A stretch of 64,000 nt of DNA. Origin: Eledone cirrhosa. Its lineage: Eukaryota. A program made the translations under genes and the position numbers. Shown here one piece after another: positions 27,446 through 39,499 of the stretch. The DNA is taken from assembly GCA_964016885.1 (NCBI GenBank), contig OZ024764.1, positions 16,430,001 to 16,494,000 on the forward strand. The letters are read 5' to 3'. How positions within the stretch are numbered: position 1 is the first letter of the stretch; every line of letters starts with the position of its first letter. The notes below the pieces were generated by a model. That model saw only the letters and a list, made by a program, of their open reading frames with translations, was not told the DNA's origin and searched no databases.

Positions 27446-28699
27446 GTACCCAGTCCACCCTGTAAGGTGGTAGACTGGTGACAACAAAAACCACCCAGCC
27501 CACCCTGTAAGGTGGTAGACTGGTGACAACAAAAACCACCCAGTCCACCCTGTAAGGTGATAGACTGGTGACAACAAAAACCACCCAGCCCACCCTGTAA
27601 GGTGATAGACTGGTGACAACAAAAACCACCCAGCCCACCCTGTAAGGTGATAGACTGGTGACAACAAAAACCACCCAGCCCACCCTGTAAGGTGATAGAC
27701 TGGTGACAACAAAAACCACCCAGCCCACCCTGTAAGGTGATAGACTGGTGACAACAAAAACCACCCAGCCCACCCTGTAAGGTGATAGACTGGTGACAAC
27801 AAAAACTACCCAGCCCACCCTGTAAGGTGATAGACTGGTGACAACAAAAACCACCCAGCCCACCCTGTAAGGTGATAGACTGGTGACAACAAAAACCACC
27901 CAGCCCACCCTGTAAGGTGATAGACTGGTGACAACAAAAACCACCCAGCCCACCCTGTAAGGTGATAGACTGGTGACAACAAAAACCACCCAACCCACCC
28001 TGTAAGGTGATAGACTGGTGACAACAAAAACCACCCAGCCCACCCTGTAAGGTGATAGACTGGTGACAACAAAAACCACCCAGCCCACCCTGTAAGGTGA
28101 TAGACTGGTGACAACAAAAACCACCCAGCCCACCCTGTAAGGTGATAGACTGGTGACAACAAAAACCACCCAGCCCACCCTGTAAGGTGATAGACTGGTG
28201 ACAACAAAAACCACCCAGCCCACCCTGTAAGGTGATAGACTGGTGACAACAAAAACCACCCAGCCCACCCTGTAAGGTGATAGACTGGTGACAACAAAAA
28301 CCACCCAGCCCACCCTGTAAGGTGATAGACTGGTGACAACAAAAACCACCCAGCCCACCCTGTAAGGTGATAGACTGGTGACAACAAAAACCACCCAGCC
28401 CACCCTGTAAGCTGATAGACTGGTGACAACAAAAACCACCCAGCCCACCCTGTAAGGTGATAGACTGGTGACAACAAAAACCACCCAGCCCACCCTGTAA
28501 GGTGATAGACTGGTGACAACAAAAACCACCCAGCCCACCCTGTAAGGTGATAGACTGGTGACAACAAAAACCACCCAGCCCACCCTGTAAGGTGATAGAC
28601 TGGTGACAACAAAAACCACCCAGCCCACCCTGTAAGGTGATAGACTGGTGACAACAAAAACCACCCAGCCCACCCTGTAAAGTGATAGCAAAAAACCAC
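27446..28699. repeat. 45-bp minisatellite, about 27 near-identical copies (same seed family)
   Basis: Unit CACCCTGTAAGGTGATAGACTGGTGACAACAAAAACCACCCAGCC. Confidence 0.97.
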
Positions 28700-29360
28700 C
28701 CATCACCACCAACTCCACCACCGATATCACGCCTACCATCACCACCAACTCCACCACCGATATCACGCCTACCATCACCACCAACTCCACCACCGATATC
28801 ACGCCTACCATCACCACCAACTCCACCACCGATATCACGCCTACCATCACCACCAACTCCACCACCGATATCACGCCTACCATCACCACCAACTCCACCA
28901 CCGATATCACGCCTACCATCACCACCAACTCCACCACCGATATCACGCCTACCATCACCACCAACTCCACCACCGATATCACGCCTACCATCACCACCAA
29001 CTCCACCACCGATATCACGCCTACCATCACCACCAACTCCACCACCGATATCACGCCTACCATCACCACCAACTCCACCACCGATATCACGCCTACCAAC
29101 ACCACCAACTCCACCACCAATATCACGCCTACCAACTCCACCACCGATATCACGCCTACCATCACCACCAACTCCACCACCGATATCACGCCTACCATCA
29201 CCACCAACTCCACCACCGATATCACGCCTACCATCACCACCAACTCCACCACCGATATCACGCCTACCATCACCACCAACTCCACCACCGATATCACGCC
29301 TACCAACACCACCAACTCCACCACCGATATCACGCCTACCAACACCACCAACTCCACCAT
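28700..29360. repeat. 36-bp C-rich minisatellite, about 18 copies, abutting the 45-bp array
   Basis: Unit CCATCACCACCAACTCCACCACCGATATCACGCCTA. Confidence 0.95.
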
Positions 29361-29592
29361 TATCCACTTAACTAACAGGTCAACAACATGCATGAGTATT
29401 TTTGTCTGTCTGTGTCCATGATTTGGCAATTGAAGCTATGTCAACGCCCTGTTCTCATAGTGGAATGTGTGTATATATATATATATACACATATATGATA
29501 TATGTATATATGATATATATATATACACATATATGATATATGTTATAGAATACTATTAGCTTCTCGCTAAAACAATCTCTATACCTTTCATT

Positions 29593-29657
<65 letters not shown>

Positions 29658-29659
<2 letters not shown>

Positions 29660-30022
29660 CATCAACGTTTCACGTCCGTGTTCCACGCTTGCATGGGTTT
29701 GGACGGGGGTTTTCCCACTTGAGGCAAGAGTGGTTGTCTTGCTCGCATAGGACTGTCTGGCGGGTTTTCTACAGCTGGATGCCCTTCCTAACACCAACCA
29801 CATTTACAGTGTGGGGCTGGGAGGTTTTTACCGTGTTGCCTACACGGCCACATTACAGCGTGGACTGTGTGTTTTTTTTGACGTGACACCTACACGATCT
29901 CATTTGTTTCGGCCTGGATGTTGTGGCACCAACATAACTTTACATTGAAAGGGGCGGTGTGGATGGGGGGGGGGGGGGTGTATTTTGTTAGAGATGCCTA
30001 CTGACTGTAGTAGGTTTTACTT

Positions 30023-30025
<3 letters not shown>
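29658..30025 (-). mobile_element. RTE 3'-UTR-only element
   Basis: Matches 37920-38397, which is contiguous with an RTE stop codon. Confidence 0.8.
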
Positions 30026-30057
<32 letters not shown>

Positions 30058-30567
30058 ATAATAATAGTAATAATAATAAATTTGAAGACTAAAATCCAAA
30101 GAGGGCTCGATAAGGATAAATATATATCAAATATATAAGAACCGTAGAGCAAATATTTATTAAAATAACAGATTAAAGTTTAAGCAAAGAATCGCTGCTT
30201 TCACCCTTTATATTCGTTTTTTCCCGTCCTTTGCCAGGGAACGTTTCCACGAACCAAAGTATCGTCTTCCTGTCTTCCTCCGGTTGCAACGTTTTTTGAA
30301 ATATCCAGTTCTGCGTTTACAGATTGACTTTGTTAGTCTCAGAAGATCCCATTAAGGGTGAAAGCAGCGATTCTTTGCTCTGTTATTTTAATAAATATAT
30401 ATACATACATATATATATATATATACCCACACACACACACACACACATATATATACAGTGTGTTCGCTTTTTATGTGAACTTGAAGTATGCAGATAATGT
30501 GCTATAATGTGTGTGGTTTAAAAAAATGTTTATTTATAGAAATAAAAGACTTGAATTAGGCTTTACA

Positions 30568-31222
30568 TTAAGTTATGTTCCAAACACCAACTGTCTTTCA
30601 TTAGAAATATGGTAAAGGGTTAAAGTGTTTATATTTATCTAAAAACACTTCCATCATAATTTTATGTAAGAACCTATGTTAAGTTATGTTCCAAACACCA
30701 ACAGTGTCTTTCATAGAAATATGGTAAAGGGTTAAAGTGTTTATATTTATCTAAAAACACTTCCATCATAATTTTATGTAAGAACCTAGGTTAAGTTATG
30801 TTCCAAACACCAAGTGTCTTTCATTAGAAATATGGTAAAGGGTTAAAGTGTTTATATTTATCTAAAAACACTTCCATCATAATTTTATGTAAGAACCTAT
30901 GTTAAGTTATGTTCCAAACACCAACAGTGTCTTTCATAGAAATATGGTAAAGGGTTAAAGTGTTTATATTTATCTAAAAACACTTCCATCATAATTTTAT
31001 GTAAGAACCTAGGTTAAGTTATGTTCCAAACACCAAGTGTCTTTCATTAGAAATATGGTAAAGGGTTAAAGTGTTTATATTTATCTAAAAACACTTCCAT
31101 CATAATTTTATGTAAGAACCTATGTTAAGTTATGTTCCAAACACCAACAGTGTCTTTCATAGAAATATGGTAAAGGGTTAAAGTGTTTATATTTATCTAA
31201 AAACCTTCCATCATAATTTTAT
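30568..31222. repeat. ~111-bp tandem array, about 6 copies, two alternating variants
   Basis: AAGTTATGTTCCAAACACCAA..AGAACCTA recurs; CACCAACAGTG and CACCAAGTG variants alternate. Confidence 0.9.
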
Positions 31223-31924
31223 GAGATAATCCTATGGTTAATCTCTATCACAGTAGTTTTAATAACACTTCTCATATCAAACACCCCTGAGTTTTATGAT
31301 ACAGAGCTGTTTGTTAAGCCTTCCATCATAATTTTATGTTCCCAAACATATTTTGTCACAAAACCCTTGTGAGATTTCCCAAAATTTTTGGAAGCCATCT
31401 ATTAATTAATATAATAGCCTTGTGTGTTTGTCTTTCACACACTAGAGATGACTGAGGAAGGAAGGGGTGATTATGTGGACTGAGGAAGGAAGGGGTGATT
31501 ACGTTGACTGAGGGTGAGAAACTATAGAAGTCCAGCGTTCTAAGATTCATCACAGCTGTGTTTGTATCACTTGTGTGAGTGAGCTTGAAGGAACCAACCA
31601 ACCAACAGAGACAAACAAAAACCTCTTTTTTATATTATGAATAGATATTACAATTAACCATCAATTTTCACGGCAGCTCGTATCTAGATTTAATAACCCT
31701 ACGATAGCAAACCTCCCTTGGATTTCTGAGATATTTGTTATTGATTATTTTCAAAATGATTTGAAAATTGCATGCAGTGGTTAATTAGAAATGTGATAAT
31801 GAAGCAGTTACATGAAATAAAACTATAAATACAGAGACACAAAGCAGGCTTTGTTTACAAATGGCTAGCGAATTCGAGAATTAGGTAGTCACATGTGCTT
31901 ATGCTGTATTTGACTAAATAGAAT

Positions 31925-32310
31925 TAGTCTGTTAGTTGGGGTTTTAAAAAAAACGCTCTGAATGGAAAAAAGGATGAGTATTGATGTAGTCTGTTAGTTG
32001 GGGTTTTAAAAAAAACGCTCTGAATGGAAAAAAGGATGAGTATTGACGTAGTCTGTTAGTTGGGGTTTTTTAAAAAACCCTCTGAATGGAAAAAAGGATG
32101 AGTATTGACGTAGTCTGTTAGTTGGGGTTTTTAAAAAAACCCTCTGAATGGAAAAAAGGATGAGTATTGACGTACATGGGACACAAACCCACAGCTTTGG
32201 TTTGCTGGGCCAATGAGTTACCTGGCCCGGCAAACCAAAGATGTGGGTCTGTGCCCCATGTACGTCAATACTCATCGTTTTTTCCATTCAGAGGGGTTTT
32301 TTTTTAAATC
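31925..32310. repeat. 4 x ~62-bp tandem repeat running into a ~180-bp fold-back palindrome (MITE-like)
   Basis: CTCTGAATGGAAAAAAGGATGAGTATTGACGTACATGG...CCATGTACGTCAATACTCATCGTTTTTTCCATTCAGAG. Confidence 0.85.
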
Positions 32311-32585
32311 CGAAATAAAAATATCTGTTTGAAGGAGAGAATTCATTCATATATTAAAAATATTTTTTTCAATTAAAACTTATTGCGAAATACCTAATTT
32401 TGTGGAGCCTGGGTTTCTCCTGAATCTGCTGTGGGTCTTTACAGATTGCACTCTCAGCTCATTTTGTACTTTTCTCACATTTAATAGTAAGAATGTGTTG
32501 TGGCTTAGCTCCAGGCCTGACTGAGAGAGAGAAAGAGTTGCTTAAACCATCCTCAACTTTTAAGACTTTCCAAAAATCATTGAAA

Positions 32586-32977
32586 CCCTATCATTGTTCA
32601 CCATCACTGTACTTCTAATAGCCCTGCTGATACCCCCTATCATTGTTCACCATCACTGTACTTCTAATAGCCCTGCTGATACCCCCTATCATTGTTCACC
32701 ATCACTGTACTTCTAATAGCCCTGCTGATACCCCCTATCATTGTTCACCATCACTGTACTTCTAATAGCCCTGCTGATACCCCCTATCATTGTTCACCAT
32801 CACTGTACTTCTAATAGCCCTGCTGATACCCCCTATCATTGTTCACCATCACTGTACTTCTAATAGCCCTGCTGATACCCCCTATCATTGTTCACCATCA
32901 CTGTACTTCTAATAGCCCTGCTGATACCCCCTATCATTGTTCACCATCACTGTACTTCTAATAGCCCTGCTGATACC
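32586..32977. repeat. 49-bp tandem array, 8 copies
   Basis: Unit CCCCTATCATTGTTCACCATCACTGTACTTCTAATAGCCCTGCTGATAC. Confidence 0.95.
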
Positions 32978-33065
32978 AAACCACTGTGTTTAATATAGAA
33001 AATCATTTGTTTTAAAGTTTTTATATTCAAATTTAAACCTCCCAGGAAGAGCTGTTACTTTTCTA

Positions 33066-33310
33066 AATTGAGAGACACAGTTCCGATATTACAGATATGT
33101 GGTTACCGTGTCTCAAGAAAGAATCTCTGCTCAGATTTTATGGGCAAAACCAACTGGCAAGGAGACCCAGGGTTAGACTTTGAGCAGGATTGGTGGATAA
33201 CATCTATGAGATTGACTAGTCACACTGGATCAAGTGGAGACAGTTGCTTCTGACAGGAGCACCGGGATGGTTTGCTTGAGGACTCTGCTCCCACAACCCT
33301 CGCAGGGTTC
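33066..33310 (+). mobile_element. Degenerate RTE-like LINE 3' fragment (single unamplified copy of the 65-bp segment)
   Basis: CAGTTCCGATATTACAGATATGTGGTTA..AAGAATCTCTG matches 61370-61420. Confidence 0.7.
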
Positions 33311-33616
33311 CATCATAATTTTATTTAAGAACCTTTGTTAAATTATATTCAAAACACCAACTTTAAAATTGTAAAAGTTAGTTATATAATGAAATCTCCC
33401 CCCCCCCCCCCACACACACTTATAAGAATTTAAGCCCCCTCCCCCCCCATATACAATTACCGATTTCCCAACTCCACTGTTTATTCCAACTTATAAGAAT
33501 TTAAGCATAAAAACACACACATGGGTGTATGATCTATTTCTAGCAAGTTGGAGACATAGAAGCTCCCATCTTTAACCTCTTCAGTGCCACAGACAAGCTA
33601 ACTCATCCTAACATGT

Positions 33617-35521
33617 TTGAACTCCTTTCCAACAGTCCATAACTTCAAAGTTATGAACTCCTTTCCAACAGTTCATAACTTCAAAGTTATGAACTCCTTT
33701 CCAACAGTTCATAACTTCAAAGTTATGAACTCCTTTCCAACAGTTCATAACTTTAAAATTATGAACTCCTTTCCAACAGTCCATAACTTCAAAGTTATGA
33801 ACTCCTTTCCAACAGTTCATAACTTTAAAATTATGAACTCCTTTCCAACAGTCCATAACTTCAAAGTTATGAACTCCTTTCCAACAGTCCATAACTTCAA
33901 AGTTATGAACTCCTTTCCAACAGTTCATAACTTTAAAATTATGAACTCCTTTCCAACAGTCCATAACTTCAAAGTTATGAACTCCTTTCCAACAGTTCAT
34001 AACTTTAAAATTATGAACTCCTTTCCAACAGTCCATAACTTCAAAGTTATGAACTCCTTTCCAACAGTTCATAACTTTAAAATTATGAACTCCTTTCCAA
34101 CAGTCCATAACTTCAAAGTTATGAACTCCTTTCCAACAGTTCATAACTTTAAAATTATGAACTCCTTTCCAACAGTCCATAACTTCAAAGTTATGAACTC
34201 CTTTCCAACAGTTCATAACTTTAAAATTATGAACTCCTTTCCAACAGTCCATAACTTCAAAGTTATGAACTCCTTTCCAACAGTTCATAACTTTAAAATT
34301 ATGAACTCCTTTCCAACAGTCCATAACTTCAAAGTTATGAACTCCTTTCCAACAGTTCATAACTTCAAAGTTATGAACTCCTTTCCAACAGTTCATAACT
34401 TCAAAGTTATGAACTCCTTTCCAACAGTTCATAACTTTAAAATTATGAACTCCTTTCCAACAGTTCATAACTTTAAAATTATGAACTCCTTTCCAACAGT
34501 CCATAACTTCAAAGTTATGAACTCCTTTCCAACAGTTCATAACTTTAAAATTATGAACTCCTTTCCAACAGTCCATAACTTTAAAATTATGAACTCCTTT
34601 CCAACAGTCCATAACTTCAAAGTTATGAACTCCTTTCCAACAGTTCATAACTTTAAAATTATGAACTCCTTTCCAACAGTCCATAACTTCAAAGTTATGA
34701 ACTCCTTTCCAACAGTTCATAACTTTAAAATTATGAACTCCTTTCCAACAGTCCATAACTTCAAAGTTATGAACTCCTTTCCAACAGTTCATAACTTTAA
34801 AATTATGAACTCCTTTCCAACAGTCCATAACTTCAAAGTTATGAACTCCTTTCCAACAGTTCATAACTTTAAAATTATGAACTCCTTTCCAACAGTCCAT
34901 AACTTCAAAGTTATGAACTCCTTTCCAACAGTTCATAACTTCAAAGTTATGAACTCCTTTCCAACAGTTCATAACTTCAAAGTTATGAACTCCTTTCCAA
35001 CAGTTCATAACTTTAAAATTATGAACTCCTTTCCAACAGTTCATAACTTTAAAATTATGAACTCCTTTCCAACAGTCCATAACTTCAAAGTTATGAACTC
35101 CTTTCCAACAGTTCATAACTTTAAAATTATGAACTCCTTTCCAACAGTCCATAACTTCAAAGTTATGAACTCCTTTCCAACAGTTCATAACTTTAAAATT
35201 ATGAACTCCTTTCCAACAGTCCATAACTTCAAAGTTATGAACTCCTTTCCAACAGTTCATAACTTCAAAGTTATGAACTCCTTTCCAACAGTTCATAACT
35301 TCAAAGTTATGAACTCCTTTCCAAGAGTTCATAACTTTAAAATTATGAACTCCTTTCCAACAGTCCATAACTTCAAAGTTATGAACTCCTTTCCAACAGT
35401 TCATAACTTTAAAATTATGAACTCCTTTCCAACAGTCCATAACTTCAAAGTTATGAACTCCTTTCCAACAGTTCATAACTTCAAAATTATGAACACCTTT
35501 CCAACAGTTCATAACTTCAAA
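33617..35521. repeat. 36-bp hairpin-containing minisatellite, about 53 copies
   Basis: Unit AACTTCAAAGTTATGAACTCCTTTCCAACAGTTCAT; internal inverted repeat GTTCATAACT-TCAA-AGTTATGAAC. Confidence 0.97.
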
Positions 35522-36057
35522 GCTAGATGGGGTTACTAGTTTATTGATGTGACATCTTTCAATCAAAATAGTCATTTTACTGAGAGAAAACAGCCCTCAC
35601 AGCAACTGTAGCTATGTAAAAAATATACAGCAGTCAACAGATTAACCATGTCATTGGTTTTAGTGGTCGTGTTTTTCACATGTCACACGGCTGGCTGATG
35701 GTGTGTTTATCCAGCTATATACATATATAAATAATTGTTTCTATATTTGGCACAAGGGCAGCAATGGACGCTAGATTTCATAACTTCTTTGTGTAAATAA
35801 AGAAGTTATGAAATCTACCCTTCGTATTGTATTGTTGAGATATTTGACTCTGTTCTACGCTAGCCATGTGATACCATGCTAGCATGGAAAAATGGACGTT
35901 GAACACTGATGGTGATGATGATGATGATGATGATGTCACATGACGTCAAGTGCTTTTTCCTTATACACCAAGGTTGAAGTAACACAATCGCATCCCAAGC
36001 TACCAATTAGGAAACATCCTATAACACAAACATATATATATGTATATATATATATAT

Positions 36058-36212
36058 ATCATCATCATTTTAGGTCAGCTTTTCCCTGCTGGCAGGGGTG
36101 GGACGGGTCCTCACAGCATCTCTCCATTTGTCACGGTCCTTTGTCATCTCCACCGTGAGCTTCAGCGATCTGAGGTCTGTTCTCACCACCTCCGCCCATG
36201 ATTTTCGTGGTC
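36058..36212 (-). mobile_element. Short RTE 3' end
   Basis: Similar to 7610-7770. Confidence 0.8.
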
Positions 36213-36221
36213 TTGTGTTTG

Positions 36222-36258
<37 letters not shown>

Positions 36259-36434
36259 TTATATATGGGTGTGTATATATATATATGTGTGTGTGTGTGT
36301 GTTTATATATGGGTGTATATGTATGTATGTGTATATATTTATATATGTGTGTGTGTGTTTATATATGGGTGTATATGTATGTATGTGTATATATTTATAT
36401 ATGTGTGTGTGTATATATGGGTGTGTATGTATGT

Positions 36435-36470
<36 letters not shown>

Positions 36471-37280
36471 TTATATATATAGGTGTATATGTATGTATAT
36501 ATATATATATGTGTGTGTGTGCGTGTTTATATATAGGTGTATATGTATGTATATATATATGTGTGTGTATATATGGGTGTATATGTATGTATATATATAT
36601 GTGTGTGTGTATGTATATACATGTGTGTGTATATATATGTGTGTGTATGTGTATATATATGTGTGTGTGTGTGTATATATGTGTGTATGTGTTTATATGT
36701 GTGTGTGTGTTTATATATGTGTGTGTGTATATATATATATGTGTGTGTGTATGTATATAAATGTGTGTGTATATAAATGTGTGTATGTATATATATGTGT
36801 GTGTATGTGTAAGTTATGTTGTTTAGAGGTGGCAGTTGATGTACAATGGTTGCAGTGGGATCACTTAGTAATATTACTGCTACTACTACTAGCAACAACA
36901 CTACTACTACTACTACTACTACTAGCAACACTGCTGCTGCTGCTACTACTACTACTACTACTACTAGCAACACTGCTGCTGCTGCTACTACTACTACTAG
37001 CAACAATACTACTACTACTAGCAACAATACTACTACTACTAGCAACAACACTACTACTACTAGCAACACTGCTGCTGCTACTACTACTACTAGCAACAAT
37101 ACTACTACTACTAGCAACACTGCTGCTGCTGCTGCTACTACTACTACTACTACTACTACTACTAGCAACAACACTACTACTACTACTAGCAACAACACTA
37201 CTGCTGCTACTACTACTATTAGCAACAGCACCACTACAACTACCATCACTGCTGCTGCTGCTACTACTACTACTACTGTT
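36213..37280. repeat. (TG/TA)n tract followed by (CTA/CTG/CAA)n tract
   Basis: Direct sequence. Confidence 0.9.
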
Positions 37281-37392
37281 ACCCAGCAACTGTATATCTT
37301 TATTAGGACCCCCCCCCCGCCTCCCATTCATTGTCGCAAGATTAATTCTTACATTAGCACGTGGACTTGAGTCAACAGTTGATTTATATATA

Positions 37393-37735
37393 GAGAGACC
37401 CAGTATTCCACTGGTATTTTATTTTATACAACACTCTAAAGGATTATATATATATAGAGAGAGAGGAGACCCCAGTATTCCACTGGTATTTTATTTTATA
37501 CAACACTCTAAAGGATTATATATATATAGAGAGAGAGAGGAGACCCCAGTATTCCACTGGTATTTTATTTTATACAACACTCTAAAGGATTATATATATA
37601 TAGAGAGAGAGAGAGGAGACCCCAGTATTCCACTGGTATTTTATTTTATACAACACTCAAAAGGATTATATATATATATAGAGAGAGAGAGAGAGGGAGA
37701 GGAGACCCCAGTATTCCACTGGCATTTTATTTTAT
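37393..37735. repeat. 5 x ~72-bp tandem repeat including a SINE fragment and (TA)(GA) microsatellite
   Basis: GAGACCCCAGTATTCCACTGGTATTTTATTTTATACAACACTCTAAAGGAT recurs. Confidence 0.85.
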
Positions 37736-37900
37736 GACAACTTTTATGCGTTGTCAAGCTATTTAAACGTATGTTATTATTCTGAGGACCTACCCTTATT
37801 GAGTGCTTTGCTACTCATTCCTTATTGTTGGTCGACTTTGCCTGGCCACAGCCAAAGCTTCGATTTTACTAAGCTTCCACTTGTATATATATATATATAT

Positions 37901-38900
37901 ATCATCATCATCATCATCATCATCGTTTAACGTCCCTGTTCCACGCTTGCATGGGTTTGGACGGGGGTTTTCCCACTTGAGGCAAGAGTGGTTGTCTTGC
38001 TCACATAGGACTGTCTGGCGGGTTTTCTACAGCTGGATGCCCTTCCTAACACCAACCACATTTACAGTGTGGGGCTGGGAGGTTTTTACCGTGTTGCCTA
38101 CACGGCCACATTACAGCGTGGACTGTCTGGCAGGTTTTATACAGCTGGATGCCCTTCCTAACACCAACCACATTTACAGTGTGGGACTGGGAGGTTTTTA
38201 CCGTGTTGCCTACACGGTCACGTTACAGCGTGGACTGTGTGTTTTTTTGTCGTGACACCTACACGATCTCGTTTGTTTCGGCCTGGATGTTGTGGCACCA
38301 ACATAACTTTGCATTGAAGGGGGCGGTGTGGATGGAGTGGGACGGGGGTGTATTTTGTTAGAGATGCCTACTGACTGTAGTAGGTTTTACTTTGTATTTA
38401 GGTAAGGCGGGTCTTCTCTGTTACTGAGTACCGCCAAAGGTCTCGGTCCAGTGACATTGTCTTGGAGAGGTGTAAGTGTGTGAGGTCGGAATTTATCAGC
38501 TCGTCCCAGGTTTTCCTGGGTCTGCCTACTCCGTGGCTACCATCTATCTTTATTGCCCTGCACTTTGTTATACAGCTGTCGTCTTTCATGCGCATCACGT
38601 GACCATACCAACGTAGCCTTCTCTCGAGTAAACAACATCTGATCCCTCTTATTTCTAATTTTTTCCTTAGTTCGTTTATGCTTTGCCGTTCACGTATATT
38701 ACTATTACACATCCAGCGGAGCATGCAAGCTTCGTTCCTCTCTAGTCTGCGTATATCCTCTGCACACAATGCCCAGGTCTCACTGCCATGCAACATTGCT
38801 GTTCGTATGCAGGCATCATACAACCTGCCTTTCATTTTTAGGGAGAACCCTTTAGCGGCTAATAGTGGTATAAGCTCTCTGAACTTTTTCCATCCAGTTC
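37901..38900 (-). mobile_element. 5'-truncated RTE (BovB-like) LINE with long (~480 bp) 3' UTR and (GAT)n tail
   Basis: ORF ..MKGRLYDACIRTAMLHGSETWAL..RRLRWYGHVMRM..TEKTRLT* ends at 38398 and continues without a break into the UTR and tail. Confidence 0.9.
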
Positions 38901-38914
38901 ATTAAATATATATA

Positions 38915-38998
38915 TATATTTAATGTATAATAAACAACACAGTATAATTACCTCATAATGAGGTAATTATACTGTGCTGTTTATTATACATTAAATAT
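38915..38998. repeat. Near-perfect ~83-bp palindrome
   Basis: ATATTTAATGTATAATAAACAACACAGTATAATTACCTCAT-A-ATGAGGTAATTATACTGTGCTGTTTATTATACATTAAATAT. Confidence 0.9.
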
Positions 38999-39132
38999 TT
39001 AGCTCTGTTACTTACATAGAGCACTCTTCATTCCTTTTACTTTTTCCATGGAAACTTCAACACTTATATATATAAATATAAATATATTAGTCAAAATATT
39101 AATAAACGAAAAATATTCTCATAATCAAAATA

Positions 39133-39199
39133 TATATTTTATTATACATATTTCAAAGGTACAATGGTATTTAAGTACGTTTTCATCAGATAAAATATA
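39133..39199 (-). ncRNA. Minimal type I hammerhead ribozyme
   Basis: Minus strand: TATATTTTAT CTGATGA AAACGTAC TTAAATACCATT GTACCTTT GAAA TATGTA TA^ATAAAATATA; stem I 10 bp perfect. Confidence 0.75.
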
Positions 39200-39344
39200 T
39201 AAGATTGGATATGTGACATACCGCTAGGGTTTTGATTATTCAATTCCAATAGTGGCAGTGATTTATTTCACCAACCCTCAAAGTTTTTATATATATATAA
39301 AATATCAATAAAATATCGTTTTTATATATACATCAAATCATATA

Positions 39345-39411
39345 TTTTATCTGATGAGGACGTACTGGAAAAAAAAAACAACACAGTACCTTCGAAATAT
39401 ATATAATAAAG
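39345..39411 (+). ncRNA. Minimal type I hammerhead ribozyme
   Basis: TTTTAT CTGATGA GGACGTACTG (A-rich loop) CAGTACCTTC GAAA TATATA TA^ATAAAG; G-C pair at the base of stem II; AUA cleavage triplet. Confidence 0.75.
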
Positions 39412-39499
39412 CATATATTTTGATTATGTGAACGTCTTCATTTGTTAATATTTTGAAAAAAATATATATATAAGAAGTTGACAGTATTTAACAATGTAT

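Noticed and set aside
27379-29429. Gly/Cys-rich or Pro-rich structural-protein-like ORFs
   Set aside because: Several frames are open on both strands, units are near-identical at DNA level, and the 45-bp unit derives from a retroposon motif
33617-35521. CRISPR-like appearance (36-bp palindromic repeat)
   Set aside because: No unique spacers, no cas genes, eukaryotic context
37800-37885. Minus-strand KLSKIEALAVARQSRPTIRNE, faintly like a Penelope GIY-YIG C-terminus
   Set aside because: Too short to support without a database search
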